From: the human T2T-CHM13v2.0 reference genome, Homo sapiens
Reading direction: 5' to 3' (one strand)
Length of the DNA stretch: 64,000 nucleotides
Assembly (NCBI RefSeq): GCF_009914755.1
Contig: NC_060932.1
The notes under the pieces are model-generated. The model searched no databases and had not been told where the DNA came from. It saw only the letters and a program-made list of their open reading frames with translations. Position 1 is the stretch's first letter; every line of letters begins with the position of its first letter. This document shows, piece after piece, positions 32,966-48,337 of this stretch. The position numbers and the translations under genes were made by a program.

Positions 32966-33305
32966 TAATATGGTTTAACTATCTCCGCACCCACATCTCA
33001 TCTTGAATTCCCATATGTTGTGGGAGGGACCTGGTAGGAGGTAATTGAATCATGGGGGCAGGTCTTTCCCTTGCTGTTCTCATGATAGTGAATAAGTCTC
33101 ATGAGATCTGATGGTTTTATAAGGGGGAGTTTCCCTGCACAAGCTGCCTTCTCCTGTCTGCCACCACGTGAGATGTGCCTTTCACCTTCCACTATGATTG
33201 TGAGGCCTCACCAGCCATGTGGAACTGTAAGTCCATTTAAACCTCTTTCTTTTGTAAATTGCCCAGTCTCAGGTAGTCTCAGCAGTGTGAAAATGGACTA
33301 ATACA
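32966..33305 (+). mobile_element. THE1 (THE1B-like) solo LTR with TSD ACCAC
   Basis: GTGGGAGGGACCTGGTAGGAGGTAATTGAATCATGGGG...AATGGACTAATACA, with ACCAC at 32961 and 33306. Confidence 0.92.
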
Positions 33306-35749
33306 ACCACACTTGGTTCTTCTTTTTCCCTGTATTAACCTATCTTACTTGAGTAAAAAGAGAATACTATATGGATGTATGGTTCTTTCAAATTGTGGTT
33401 CTCAGGAAGGTCTATAACCTAATGTGCATTTTCATGGAGGGGAAATAGATCAAGATCTCATATTTAAGCAGATCCACCCATATCTGCTGTCTTCTACAAC
33501 AGATCCTGCCATTTCCTTGCCAACCTCTTAAAACTCTTATTGCTGAGCTGGTCAGGCTCCATGGCTTCTGTGTGTGTGCCAAAGCCTGACCACAGACACC
33601 TCCATCATTCCTTCAGAAGCATTTTGTCAAGCTGGTACAAAATAAAAGCTGGGATCCTGGCTGACCCGTGATAGCACCCACTCACTCAACTTTACTTACA
33701 ACGTTAGTAATTTTCACACAATTACTAATGCGAGAAAATAAAAATAGCTTGAGAAACACCAATAATTTCAATGAATCATTCAGATGGCATTATTTAACTG
33801 TATAGTCCCAGACACACCCTATAGTTCATATATACTGTGCATTTGCAAATAGTAATTTTGTCCTTTATTTTAAGTCAAGAATTCATAAGGCATGATATCT
33901 GTCTTGAAAATCTAAGCTCACCTTGATTCATGTCAAGAAAACTAAGAGCCATGCTTCATTTAAATTGGAATCTAAAACATTTCATTGGCAATCTGCATTT
34001 TAGAGACTGCAAAAATATCTGCCGAAGAAAAGCAGGAATTGGTCCTGTATGTGTTCAATTTCTCAAGATGTTAGAACAACTAACAAAACTAGCACAGCAC
34101 TTTGATTTCCTTTGTTTTGAAGATAACACATTAGCTTAATTTTGAGCATTTTGTTCAGAGAAACACTAAGTGGTGTGATAATGGACGCACCACATAGATA
34201 ATGGACGTAGCACATAGATTTTCACATTGCCAAGGATGTGAACAAGAAACCCATGGGAATACGATGTCTGGAAACTGCTTCATAGTGTCAAACTTGTCCA
34301 TGGGTCCCAGGATCATTCCTTATTCTTGGCTATTAGTCTGCAAAATGTGACTTAGAAAAGACAAAAGGAAAGACCAGGCATGCAGTGGGTGTGGTGGCAA
34401 GGTTAGCACCATTTTGCCCTTAGATTTACACTGTCTGAGTCACCTTGACCACTTTGCTCTTTGGGCATCTACCTCTGCAAATAGAAGCTCTCAATGCTGA
34501 GTTCCAACCTGTTAACAATAGCAAAGGAGAAGTAGTCTGTTGCACTCATTAATTTTTCAGTGCCTTAAGGTCAGAGACCACACCTTCTTTACATTTTGCA
34601 ACTTCCAAACCCAGCTGTATGCCTGGAACTAAAATAAACTGGCAACACATTTAGAACCATCCTTGATTCTCTGACAGGTAACTTGGTTTCTCTTTATAGT
34701 ACAGTTGCTAATGTGCAGCTTCAGGCAATTTAGTCTCTCTCTGTCTTGTGAGGACCCAGACATTGTAAGTGCTGTATAAAGCACTTTTTTTTTTTTTTTT
34801 GGCCATGCTTCTTACCATGGTTTATCTTCTTAGAACTTAAGCTAAGACATTAAAAAAAAAATGCAGGTGGGGGATGTGGAGATGGGGAACCAACTTAGTA
34901 AATAGTAGCAAGACCATTTTGCCTCAGGGTATTTGCTTTCTACAAAGGGTTTCTTACAGCAAAGGGACGAAAAACACTTTGTCCAGATAGACATCTTGTC
35001 ATAAGTGTTCTTTGTGTTCTTCAGAATTAATGGATAGTGAGGAACTTTCATATTCAGTTTTGATTTCTCTAGTCAATGAGCAGCTGCTGTTGTCCTCCTA
35101 AAAAGAAATTTCATTTTGTAGAAGATTTAGATCTTGGTAGGAAGGAATAATATTTATAGAAGGTCTGAATTCAGTGGGTAAATTTCTTACCTCTTCCTTG
35201 CTATAGTTGGCTTTAAATATATATACATTAAAAAAAAAATCACAGTGCTTGCATTACCACACCCTAGTCCTCACTCCTGGGCCATAATCCTTCCTATTTA
35301 CTCTTATTTCTCTGGGCAGTTGAGCTGCTCCGGCTTCTTTTGGCTCACGAAAGCATTACATCATCATCCATTACATTCCCCCTATTGACCACATTGGAAG
35401 GATCTCTATGTTCTGTTTTAGCTCTTCAGCCCCACAGGTATGGCATAAATAAGAAATGTCAGACTTGTATAAAGGGCCTTCACGCTGCTATTTATTCTTA
35501 CCCAGTCTTTAGTGGGTTGCTAGCTTAGGGCCCTATTTTCTAGTCTAATCAAAAGAGAATTGGTGGTGTACTTAAGATCTAGACCTGCTGTTTTGGTAGA
35601 ATATGTAACTGCCTAGATAATGGAGTTGCAAGGATGAGAAGCCAAATCTATCCTTCATCACTGGATGCTGTCTAAAATTTGACTTTTGGAGTATCATCCT
35701 TTTATCTCTAAGCACTAATAAAGCATAGAGTGTGAAGAGAGTAGGGACA

Positions 35750-36000
35750 GAACTAACATTTTTGAAATCTGATATGTGCCAGAGAGTCTTTTAGGCAAAA
35801 TCCCTTATTACTGTCTTTTTTTCTTTAATTCATGCAATAAAACTGTGAGATAGATACTATTATTATATTCATTTTGTGGATGAAGAAACTGTGGCTTAGA
35901 AAGAGCCTCAGGTCACACAGCTAGTCAGTAGGAAACCACCACCAGCACACAGTCAGTCATTACAGAAAACAGGATTTGAACTCTACTCTTCAAATCAGAC
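35750..36000 (-). mobile_element. MIR
   Basis: ATTTTGTGGATGAAGAAACTGTGGCTTAGA...GGTCACACAGCTAGT. Confidence 0.65.
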
Positions 36001-38180
36001 TTGAAATTACTTGCTGTTTCCATCATATCCTGGGAGGAGTCTCAGAGCAGTCTTCCCAGTTAAGGAGTAGCCTCTCTTGGGAAGGAGAGGTCACTACTAC
36101 AGGAAGAGGGAAAAGAGCAAGAGTGCTGAGTTTACAGAATATGATCAGCTGTTCATTGACATGTTTGCCTGGAAGTGGCCCTGCAGGCGCTGGCTGCAGA
36201 GCAGGTCTCTCCTGGGACTCCAGGGGAAACAGGTTACACAAATATGCAATCAGAGAATGCAAGAGTGTATGAGACCCTGGAAATCACCTAATCCAGCTCC
36301 TTTCTTTCACCGCAAATGAAGAAACAGACAGGAAAAAACTTACCCAGAAAGATGAAGCAAGTTCAGGGCAAAGCAGAGTCTATAAGCCATGCACTCCAAT
36401 CTACCAGTTTCCTCAGCTTCTCAACCTCCCATATCTGCTTGGGCTGCCATCTTGGGTTATTATTCTTGGTCCAAACCTCAAACTCCATCACTTAATAATG
36501 CGTCAGCTTCCTACTAGCTATAGAAGTGAATTGTGAGGAGTCTGGTGGTTTTAAAAATATTTTTCTGGATAATTCAGAGTCCCCTGTTTCCAGAAGTACA
36601 TTATTATCTGCATATACTATATTACTCATCATGTGCACTAGAACGTTGGCTCCTACTGCATGAATACAGCGATCACACTCACACATGCCACAACAGCAGC
36701 AGTGTCATTAGCATGGTGTCATTACACATGCACAGCCCACAGATGTTCCCCATTTCTAATCAGCCTTCCTCTACTTATTTCTTCAAATTATATGAAATTG
36801 TTTTCATTATTTCATAATGAACAGGACGGTAGAAAGCTTTAGCTTAGAGAGTTAATTATAGCCTTTAATTTTAAATCTGCCTCTTCAGAAGGTTGCTCAC
36901 TGACTTAAGAACTATCTTACCCCAAATTGCCTGCAGCTCATATTTCCTCATGGCCTTCCAGGGCTCTGCTGACTCATGGAATAAAATTACTTTACCTTCT
37001 AGTGCCTCCAGTTTCTCATTTGTAAACTGGAGTGGCTGATACAGACCAGCTTTGAGGCATTTTTGTGACAAGCAGTAAAAAATGGTAGCAAGCTTAATTG
37101 TAGCTTTCTTGGACTCACTGCACAAGGGCATTCTCAAAGGTCTAAATGACTCTGTTCAGTTCAGTACATCAGTAGTTCAGAATCTTATGTTTTCGTTTTA
37201 TAATTTTATCCTATAATTTAATACAAGGATGAAAGTTAACTTGTGAGTCCCTAAAAGACATACAGGAAAAAGAAAAGTTAATTTCTTATGTTGAGTTCTG
37301 ACCTGAGCAGGATCACATTAGGTAAAAGTAGATCAGAAAAATGATCATCAGAATATATAAGAAAAAGAAAAGGAAATTGGATTATTCTGACGAGATTAAA
37401 AGACAATTGAAAGGTCAAAGTGACAAAAATTATCTCGTTATTTCTTGCATATGCTTCTTTGTTGTGGTTATCTTTTGTTCCCACATGGAAAAACTATTAT
37501 AGTTCACCTAGGTAGCAAACCTGCACTTGTACCCGTGAACTTAAAAGTTAAAAAACATATATAATGAATGTCCATATAAGCCTGACACTGTTACAAATTT
37601 TTATTTCTTATGCTAAGTGCATTTTAATAAAATTTCTAGATTGAGAAAAAAATTAAGTGCTCAATCTTTTTTAAAAAGAAAATTTTTGTAATCTAGTCCT
37701 GGTGTGTGTGCATAGATGATGTTACATATTGGATTTTAAAGGATTAATGAATGTTTCAAAACACCTTCATCTTTGCTGAATGATGTTGGCGGGGTTTAAA
37801 GCTGTTTTGTGTTCACAATACTTCCTCCACAAAGTATTCACACACCATCTCCAGCTGCTGCTATTCTCTCTGCTACTTCTGCACTTTTTCCATGGCTCCA
37901 TTACTGCCCCTTGACTGGATGATTTATGTGTTTAATATTCAGGCTGTCTGTCTTACTAGCATGGAAGTTCTTTGAGGTGTTTCTTTTCTGTGTAATCTCA
38001 CAGGCATTATATATAGATGCTTAAAAAATCTTGTTGAGTGAATTAATGAATTAATGAGTGGGTGGATGGATGATGGTACCAGTCAGGCTAAAATACATAA
38101 CTGCCCATGAGAAGTTACTGTTTGGCACTTGTATTGGTCAGGATTCTCGAGAGACACAAAACCAATAAGATATACATATA

Positions 38181-39384
38181 CAGTAATGTGCTATATAATG
38201 ATGTTTCAGTCAAGGAGGGAGCTCATTTATGATGGTGGTCTCATAAGATTATAACGGAGCTGAAAATTTCCTATCGCCAGGTGGTGTTGTAGCTGTCATA
38301 ATGCAATACATTACTTACATGTTCATGATGACACTGATGTGAACAAACTTACTTCACTGCCTGTCATTTAAAAGTATAACATATATAATTACGCACAGTA
38401 CATAATACTTGATGATGATACTAAATAACTACGTTAGTGGTTTGTGTATTTACTATACTATACTTTTTGTTATTATTTTGGAGTGTATGCCTTTGACTTA
38501 TTACAAAAAAAAAAGTTAACTCTGAAACAGCATCAGGCAGGTCCTTCATGGGGTATTCCAGAAGGCATTGCTATCATAGGAGACGACAGCTCCACGCCTG
38601 TTATTGCCTCTGAAGACCTTCCAGGAGGACAAGATGTGGATATGGAAGAAGTGATATTAATGATCCTGAACCCATGTAGGCCTAGAATAATGCATGTGTT
38701 TGTGCCTTAGTTTTTAACAGAAAAGTTCAAAAAGTAACAAAAATTTAAAAACAGGAAAAAACTTGTAGAATAAGGACATAAACAAATAAATAATTTCTCT
38801 ACAGCTTTATAATGTGTGTTTTAAGCTAAGTAAGTGTTATTACAAAAGCATCAAAAACTTAAAAACAATTAAAAAGTTTAAACATAAAAAGTTATAGTAA
38901 GCTAAGGTTAATTTATTATTGAAGAAAGGAAGGTTTTGTAAATTTAGTGTTCCCTAAGTGTACAGTGTTTATAAAGTCTACAGTAGTGTAAGGTAATGTC
39001 CTCAGCTTTCACATTGACTCACCACTCACTGACTTACCCAGAACACCTTCCAGCCCTGCAAGCTCCATTCATGGTAAGTGTCTTATATGGGAGTACTATT
39101 TTTAATCTTGTATGTCATATTTTTACTGTACCTGTTCTATATTTTGATATAATAATACTTAACCATTATATTACAATTGCCTACAGTATTCAGTATTCAA
39201 CACAGTAACATGCTATATAGTTTTGTGGCCTAAGAGCAATAGGGTCTACCTGATATGCCAGGTGTGTAGAAGGCTATACTATTTAGGTTTGTGTATGTAC
39301 ATTCTATGATGTTCACACAACAATGAAATCACCTAATGACACATTTCCCATAACACATCCCCATTATTAAGCAATGCATGACTG
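38181..39384 (-). mobile_element. Tigger3/MER7-type DNA transposon (~1.2 kb, Tigger3b-like)
   Basis: Termini CAGTAATGTGC and GCATGACTG, at a TA site. Confidence 0.82.
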
Positions 39385-42300
39385 AATATATATATAGAGA
39401 GAGAGAGAAAGAGCGAGAGAGATTTGTTTTCATGAATTGGCTCACATGATTATGGAGGGGGGCAAGTCCAAAATTGATAAAGCAGTCCAGCAAACTAGAA
39501 AGTCAAGCAAGAGTTGTTGTTGCAAGCTTGAGTCTAAAATATGCAGGACAAGAGAAGGCTTGAGACTCAGGCAGTACTTCTATTTTACAATATTGAGACA
39601 GAATTCCTTCTTCTCCAATAAACCTCACTTTTTGTGCTTAAGGCCTTCAAATAATTGGATGGGGTTCACCCACATTATCTAGAATAATCTCCTTTAATTT
39701 GTCAACCAAATAAAAAAATGGAAGGGCTCTTTAAAAGAAAATAATATTTATTTGAGAATAGGATGTGACAATGAGAATACACATGTCATAGTAAACTATG
39801 TGCATGGCCAAAGAGGTGAAGGAAGACAAAGATTTTTAAAGGAAAATGAGTAGGATTACATAATTGTTTTAAGGTAATCATCCTTGGCTTTGAGGACCAA
39901 TAACAAGTCTGGCACAAGTCTGAGGTTGGATAAGCAGTTGCTGGGCAGATGTCTTCACAGACGTATTTTTTGTGTGTGAGATTGCAATAACTTTTGTGCC
40001 AGGTTATGGTTTTTGCCATCTTTTATAACAGTTATTGTTATCAATTATTTATGCATGAGAATCTTTCCTTCATGGCCTTCCCTAGCTCTATCAGGTTTCT
40101 TTCTTTCATTTCATTTTTTTTCTTGACACAAGTGACTTTATTTTGATTCTGACAACTTTCACATTTTCCTCTTTTGATCAAGATCTTTCTCTAAAAGAAT
40201 CATTGAGCAATCATCTATAGTTAGGTTTTTATTGTTCTCCAGTGCCAGGATGGACCTGTCCTAGGTTGCTGGTCTGGTTCCACATTGGAGGCATTGAATG
40301 CAGCTAGGACCCAGTGTCAAAACCCCTTTAGCCACATTTGAGTGGCAAGAAAGGATTAGAGGGAGTGCTTCTCAGGCTAAGTCTACCCAAAGTCCACTGT
40401 TAAGTTCAATTTTGCCTGTTCCATATCTTTTGTTATTATCTCAAAGTGTTGGGCTAGCATTATTCTGTTAGGAGTTGTACTGCAAAAGTTTAACAAATAA
40501 CAGATACAAAATCTGTAGTCTAAAAGTCTTGGGTCTGCAGGAAGTGACAATTTTTACTTATTCACTGTAAGGCTAGGAACCCTTGAAAGGAGGCATTCTA
40601 TGCACACTTTCAAATATTGCATTTCAGTCAAAGCCTTGGTAATATAAACAAAGTTTACAGTTATATCCTGTTATAAAGAGAGAGCAAATTCTTATTTCAC
40701 TTATGCAAACAACTCTATTTCTATAAGAATGTTCATGGATAGAGTCTGAATTTTAGAGGGATCAAGTAGGGAGAAAAAGCACATTCTTATACATTTGTTC
40801 ACAAAAGTATACTTTACCAAATTGTTGTAAACTATAGCTAGCTTAAGAGAGAAAGTTTTCTTGAATCTGGAAAATAAAACATTTAAATAAAGAACCAATA
40901 GTGTTTTAAATGAAAGTCACAAAAACTTTATCTTATCAGTTATTTAATCACAGTTAATTAATCATCAGTTAACCTTTTAATTTTTCTTCTGCTTGATTTT
41001 GATTAGTAGTTTTACAAATTCAACAGTTTATTCATTAGCGTTCTGAAATTTTTTATTTAGTTCATTGGTCTTAAAATTATTGCAAACCTTTATTTAAGAG
41101 TACTTATTAGAGTCTTTTCCATAAATCTGATTGCAAATGCTTTTAGAGAAAAATTAAAACAATAACTGTGAATGATAAAAACTTAGAATAACCACAGTCA
41201 AAAATCTGATGGAAGCTCATTATAATCAGCAATTTACAATGCATTTGGTTATTTTTGTGGCATACAACATGTAACCAGAACTATGACCAATGACATTAAA
41301 TTTTTAAGAGTTTTAAATAATTTTTGAACACTAATACAGAAAACATACTCGTAAATGTAACTGAAAGAAGATCTAGTATCATTTATCATTTGCCAGTGCT
41401 TCCCATGCAACTTAACAAATACGCCTACTCATCTAATATCTCTACAAGAAAGGAGATATATCTTTCGAGGTTCTCCAGGGGCCTGACTAGAAAATCTCCA
41501 AGTTAATTTTAGGTCAAAAATTTTTAATTTATAATTTTGACACTAATGAAGCCCATCAAAGATGTCAAAAGACTTCAAACACTTTATCAAAACAGACCAC
41601 AGGTCACTGTGAAATAATAATAATCATTCATTTAACCAGTGTGATAAACAAAAGACTTCAAAAGCAACACAGCAAGTTACATAGATATTAAAAAAAACAA
41701 CTCTTTTAAAGCTCAGTTTTCCTAAGTAACCAAAAACCTAATAAAAGCGACATAAAATTATCTTGATAAATACAAAATCTTTGTTTCTTATGCTGACTAC
41801 CAAAACAATAAAAACAAACAAACAAAAACCCAAATACTTTCTGCAGTGTGATTCCTTTTTCTTATGGAAAGCCCATTTAGATAACCTGGAATTTGAACCT
41901 GATGAATAAGTACTTCAATTTAATTTTGCAAAAGAAGAGAATGTTTCCAAGTTTATGAGTATACATCGTATTATAAAAGAAGTAAACAAGAAAACTAGTA
42001 CCCAAGACAGGGATTACATGGAATAATTCAGACACATCAAGAAAAGCTGAGTACAGAATCAAGTTATATTGGAGGGAATCATTGCTTTTCTAAAAGTTCA
42101 AGATAAACATTTTAGCATTGGGCCGTAAGAGTAGAGTCAGAACCATAAGAAAAAAAAGTTACAGGAGCTGACAAAAAAGTGGAAGGAGAGACTTATCATT
42201 CCAGACCTTGTCAAAGGGAGAAAGAGGAAGAGCAGAAAGCAATAAAGTATGACATGCAAATCACGTGCAATCAAAGTTGAATTTCTGAGCTAGAAATCTG

Positions 42301-42641
42301 AGAAGCCCCAATAAGAAAACTCTACCTTAAGAAATGAAATTACCATTCTAAATGAAAAAGATAGCATTTTTAACCTGAAACTAGAGAAATTAAATGGATC
42401 TCAGGAAGCACTGTGACAGAAATAGAACATGTAAAACAGGAAGAAGCTGCAATTCAAGAGATTATAAAAAATTTAAAGAAATTTATTTCAGAATAAACAT
42501 CAAAACCTCTTGCAATGTTTACTAAGAGCAGATTGATACTTCATTAAAAAAAGGAGAGAAAGAAACAAACATACTGTTTAACTTGTTTACTAAGAACAGA
42601 TTGATACTTCATTAAAAAAAAAAGGAAAGAAAAGAAACAAA

Positions 42642-42775
42642 CCAGGCATAGTGGTGTGCACATGTAGTCCCAGCTACTTGAGACGCTGAGGCAGGAGGAT
42701 TGCTTGAGCCAAATAGTTCAACTTCAGCTTCAGCAGCTTAGTGAGACCTCATCTCTAAAATACATTTTTTTAAAA
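42642..42775 (+). mobile_element. Alu monomer fragment inside the provirus
   Basis: TGTAGTCCCAGCTACTTGAGACGCTGAGGCAGGAGGATTGCTTGAGCC. Confidence 0.75.
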
Positions 42776-44654
42776 ACAAAATAAACCTTGTTCTAACATA
42801 GTGGAACACATTTTTTAGTTTTGAATTAATGTATTTTTAATATTAAAGTTCAATCTTTAAAAAGGCTTATAAATAATTTTGTTCTAATAATAGCCAACTT
42901 CATCACACACAAAAAATTTATTTTATAAATTCATTCTTTACAGACCTTTTACAACCTGCATAGGCCCTTGGTAACATGTTTAGAATTTCTGCTTTGCCCT
43001 ATACTTCCTCTTTCTTAAATAACCAGTCATTTTACTCCAGAACAAAAATTTACTACACAAGATTCTATCTCATACAAAATTATTGTCTTTTTAACCTTTC
43101 TTATCAAAAAATACATTTCCATACTTATAAATTTCTTCACATTTTCCTCTCCTTCTTACTGGTTCCTTTCTATCTTGTTTCTATTAACTTCCTAAATTTA
43201 TTTTTTGAGACAACTTATAATAAACTCTGAATTTAGACAAAATTATTCTTTTTTCTGAATAAAGAATATATTTTATGGCTTTATCATTAAAATACATCTT
43301 TTGATATACTTTATATATAGAATTATATATTGATTAAAATGTTAAACTCTTAGTAACCTTAATTTCTAGTGAAAACTTAGGAGGCAAAAAATTATAAACC
43401 ATCTCTCACATATCAAGTATTTTATCTTATTTAAAAATGACTTAGATATTTAATGAGTATCTATCACTTTATTTAACATAACATTAAGACTTTAAATTAT
43501 GTAAAAAGTTTATTTATATATGTTGATCCCGTTTCAATTTAACCACTGTATTTTAAACAGTTTAACTTATGAAAACTGAGATATTAGACAAAGCTAGTAG
43601 ATGTTTTAAGTTGTTTTCCTGTTAAATATTTTCATAACCTATGATTATTAGGTGTTCACCTAAGTAAAAATATTAAAGTTAAATAAATGAATATTTTCCC
43701 AATACCTCAAAACATACAGCTGTTTTCATTATATCAACAATATTAAACAAGGTCATTCTGTTTCTAGGCTAAATTTATAGTTTTACAAGCTTTGTGTCAC
43801 ACCCTGACACTTTAAAACATCTATCAAAGACAAATATAAAATTGACCAGTAAATCTAGGCAAAAATGTATATTGACAATTCTGAAGACATTTCTATTTTT
43901 ACTTTATCAACAAATTTAAAACCAAATAATTTATCAAATATTTACTTAAGTCACATTAAAAATATTTGGGTTTGTTATATTTTTGATAAAATATTTAGGC
44001 ACTTTTTTCTTTTAAGTTAATCAGAGCTCTTTCATATATTGTAGTAAGAAAATATCACCTACACACAACATAAAAACATACAGACAACACAAATATATAG
44101 ACAGAAGCAGGTTCCCTAGCTTTTATTTTGAAATTTTAGTCTTGAGACAGTAAAACAGTAACATTAACATAGCAATTGATTAAAGACATTTGAATCCAAA
44201 CTGTATTTCTGACAAAATAGAACCTGTTCATATTGCTAAACTTTATTTGCCCTGATAGGTAATCTAATGAAAGCTGTGGAACAAAATTTTGGATAAAACA
44301 GTTTGGGTTAAAAAAAAAAAAAAACTCTTTTTTTTTTCTTCCTTTCAGTTGCAGTTAAGTTTAGGGTTACATGTTCAATGTTTAAAATTTCAATATACAT
44401 TTTAGCTAGTATTGGATGAACTGTACAAGAAAATCCAAACCTTCAAGTGTCCTTGAATGAATAACAAATCTATCTCATGTTTGCCAATATGTTTGACTAG
44501 TCAATATGAGTAGAGAAGCATTTTTAAAAAGCTACTTGCAGTTTTATTTATTTGCTTTTTTTCTGGCTCCTGAGTGGCAAACAAAGGAATTTTTTATGCT
44601 GGAGATACTTTGTATTATTGATCTAAGTTTAATATCTTGACCTGTTTGATCTGA

Positions 44655-45068
<414 letters not shown>

Positions 45069-46849
45069 TCCTTTCTTTTAGAATATAAATATTCATTTAA
45101 CTATTCTGTTACTCCAAGCAATTGCTAAGTCAAAAAACCTAATTCCCAAAAGATGTGTAGGTTGTTTGTTGCCATGGAGCTGTTGTAATTTGTACAGCCA
45201 TTAATTTAAAAAAAAATCTTTGAAACTTTTTTTTTTAAATCTTGTCTGGTGTGCCATAAGCAGTGAGTTTATCTCAACACTAGTAGAAAATTAGCAGATT
45301 CAAAATAGCCAGAAGGAAAAATAGAGAGATTGAGAACTTAGAAAGCTCTGCATGTTAACTCTATGGTTGGTTGTAGATTTTTAACAAGCTTAGAGAGTTT
45401 GAATAATGGCCATTGAGCTCTGAATTTTCCTTGACATGAAGGAAAGTTTGCTCATTAGTTTAAAAATGTGCATGAGAACAGGCCATCATATGTAGCCAGC
45501 TGGAGTCTCAGAAAACCTGGCATGCCTTAATGTTTGAGAATCTCACTTTCTTTCTTATTAATCTCTCAAGAGCAAAGAAAATCCCATAAATCCTGTCAGA
45601 GAATGTCAGGAATTTGGACTAGTGTTTCAGGTATTCGCTTTTTAAATTAGTCATTCTGTGTCCGCCATTTAGGATGTATATTTTCGCTCTCAGAAGCTTT
45701 TCAGAAATAAGCTAGAGAAAAGAAGATCCAAGTTACTTACAGACATGTGTAACTAAACCAAAATCAGAGTGTTCACAAAAACTTTAACCCATGTATGCAG
45801 ACCAAACAAAACATTAAACTAGGTGTCCAGAACCAATGTGAATTCACCAGAAAAGTCATGCCTGAGAAACAATATAAATTCTGTAAAAACTAGAGTACTC
45901 TTATCTTTACACCAGAAAGCGTTTGCAAAACAAACAAACAAACCCCCAAAACTTCCATAGTTTTAAGAGGGATGCAAGTTCCTTTATTTAAGGCTGCCTT
46001 AGTACCAAACCAAATCCTGAAGAAAGTCAAAAAGCCTCTACCAAAAAGAGACTCAGCCTAAGAGAAGATTCACCAGGTCAGAAAAGACAAGGCATGCACG
46101 TGGCGAGCTCAGAGATCTCAAGTGAATACTGCACACCAGTTCCAAGAATCGCAGATTCCTTCTAAAAGTGCTCTTGCTTCAGGTCCTGCTTCTGGACACA
46201 TTTATGTCAACCTAAATAACAAACAGAGAGATGCTCTTTAAAAGAAAACATTTATTCAGGGATAGGACACTATAACTATTCAGAAATAGGACACACACTG
46301 TATGTGTGCCATAGTAAACTGTGTGAGTATTCAGGGAGGTAAAGGAAGACAAAGGTTTTTAAAAGAAAAATGAGGAAGATTACATAATTATTGCAAGATA
46401 ATTATCTTTGCTACAAGGATCAATAACAAGGTTGGACAGGCAGTTGCTGGGCAGATGTCTTGCAGAAGTTTTTCTATGTAAAGTTGCAATGGCCTTTGTG
46501 CAAGGTTGTGGTTTTTGCAGTCTTATGTGATCATTCTTACTAAAAGTCATTTATGCATAAGAACTCTCCTTTCATGACTTTCTTCAGCTGTATTTTTTTT
46601 TCACAAGTGACTCCATTTTGATGTTAACAATTCTCACAACTTAAAGTCAACTAGTTGTAAATGTTAGTCACATCTATAAAATACATTCACAGCAAAGCTA
46701 GACTAGTGTCTGACCATACTACTGGGCCCCATATCTCAGCCATGTTGACACATAAAATTAACAGTCACAGCATGTGAAAACTGAATGGTGCTTCCATGTA
46801 ACCAGAAACAAAACAAGTGACCAATGAGATCCTTGTGGCCATGAAAAGG

Positions 46850-47010
46850 TTGCCTTCACATACTTCAATGTATATATAAATCACTGGAGATTTTGTTTAA
46901 ATACAAATTCTAACCCACTAGGTCTGGGATGGGGCCTGGGATCCTGCAATTCTAACAAGCTCCAAGATGATGCTCATGCTGCTCATCTGTGTCTGAGTAA
47001 CAAGACCTCT
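46850..47010. mobile_element. MER5-type hAT element
   Basis: GGTCTGGGATGGGGCCTGGGA...TTCTAACAAGCTCC. Confidence 0.65.
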
Positions 47011-47573
47011 GAAGACCTGCCTGAGAGTAGTAGATGGCCAAAAAGACAAGACAGGCTTAATAAATGGCTGAAACTGGGGCACAAGATAAGCAGGAGACTC
47101 TGAATATGAAATTATAATGTTCAAATTTGAGGTGAGCCAGAAAAGATGTAACAATTGCAGCAACTTCTGCAAAGCAATAGCAGAAAACCTCAGGACTCTC
47201 TACTGAAATAATTGGCTGCTTCTGGGAAACGACAGTTTCAGAGTCCCAGTGACTAGTAGGCAGAGACCCATATGAAATATCAGAAGAGCACTGAGCATAT
47301 TAACCTCGAAACAATGCAATGGGAAAGCATTAGCTGCGTTTCCGACATCTCCAGATAAATGAAGGGGCTGTGATTAAATGAGACCACACTGGTGTTCCCA
47401 TGTAGTAATTAGTTACGTAAGTGTCTCTAAGTCAGTGGCTCTCAAACTTTTCCACCCAAATTCCCGTAATAGCAGAGGAGAGCTAAAAATGTATTCCCAA
47501 GAGCCTGTCTTAACAAAGTCCACAGCCCTTTAAAGCTGCACATTTTCACTCTTAAAGGCCTATAAATGTATTC

Positions 47574-47913
47574 TATATGATTTAGGGTTCTCCAGAGAGA
47601 CAGAATCAATAAGGTAGATAGGTAGATGTAGATATTTGAGAGGGGATTTATTAAGAGAATTAACTGATGGGATTATGGAGGCTGAGAATTCCCATGGCAG
47701 GCCATCTGCAAACTGGAGACCGTGGGATACTGGTAGGACAGCTCAGTCCAAGTTCAAAAGCCTCAGAACCAGGGAAGCAGATGAAATAATTTTCAGTCCA
47801 AGGCCAATGGCCTGAGAACCCCGGGGGCGGCTGGCATGTCTTAGAGTCAAAAGGCCAGAGAGCTTGGAGTGCTTATGTCCAAGGGGAGGAGAAGAAGAAC
47901 ACGCCACCTCCAG

Positions 47914-47944
<31 letters not shown>

Positions 47945-48155
47945 TCACCTTTTCTCTGTCTTCTGTTCTATCCAGGCTCCCAGCTGATTGGATGATGCCT
48001 GCTGACATTGAGGGCAAATCTGCTCCACACAGTTCACTGACTCATGCCAATCTCCTCTGGAAACCCCCTCACAGACACACCCAGAAGTGATGCTTTTCCA
48101 GCTCTCTAGATATTCCTTAATCCAGTCAAGTTGACACCAAAAATTAGCCATCATG
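47574..48155 (-). mobile_element. MLT2 solo LTR with TSD TATTC and internal (GA)n
   Basis: AGGGTTCTCCAGAGAGACAGAA...CCAGTCAAGTTGACACCAAAAATTAGCCATCA, with TATTC at 47569 and 48156. Confidence 0.85.
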
Positions 48156-48337
48156 TATTCCATTCCATAAAATAACTGAGTTTGTCTTAATATAAAAGTA
48201 TTTTATATTATTTGCAATCAGATAAACTGAATTTCCAGCAAACAGGACTCAGGCCTTCTCATCCTCCTGGTACACATAATATACCACCTAGGGGAACACT
48301 TAAGAACTTTGGTCACCTGCATATTGGTCATCTACAT

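Noticed and set aside
33200-33222. Position of the PRDM9 hotspot motif in THE1
   Set aside because: Reads CCTCACCAGCCAT and lacks the CCTCCCT core of the hotspot-associated version.
42516-42642. ~55-bp direct duplication within the provirus (similar small duplications at ~23823-23872 and ~34177-34220)
   Set aside because: Ordinary local slippage duplications with two copies and no further structure.
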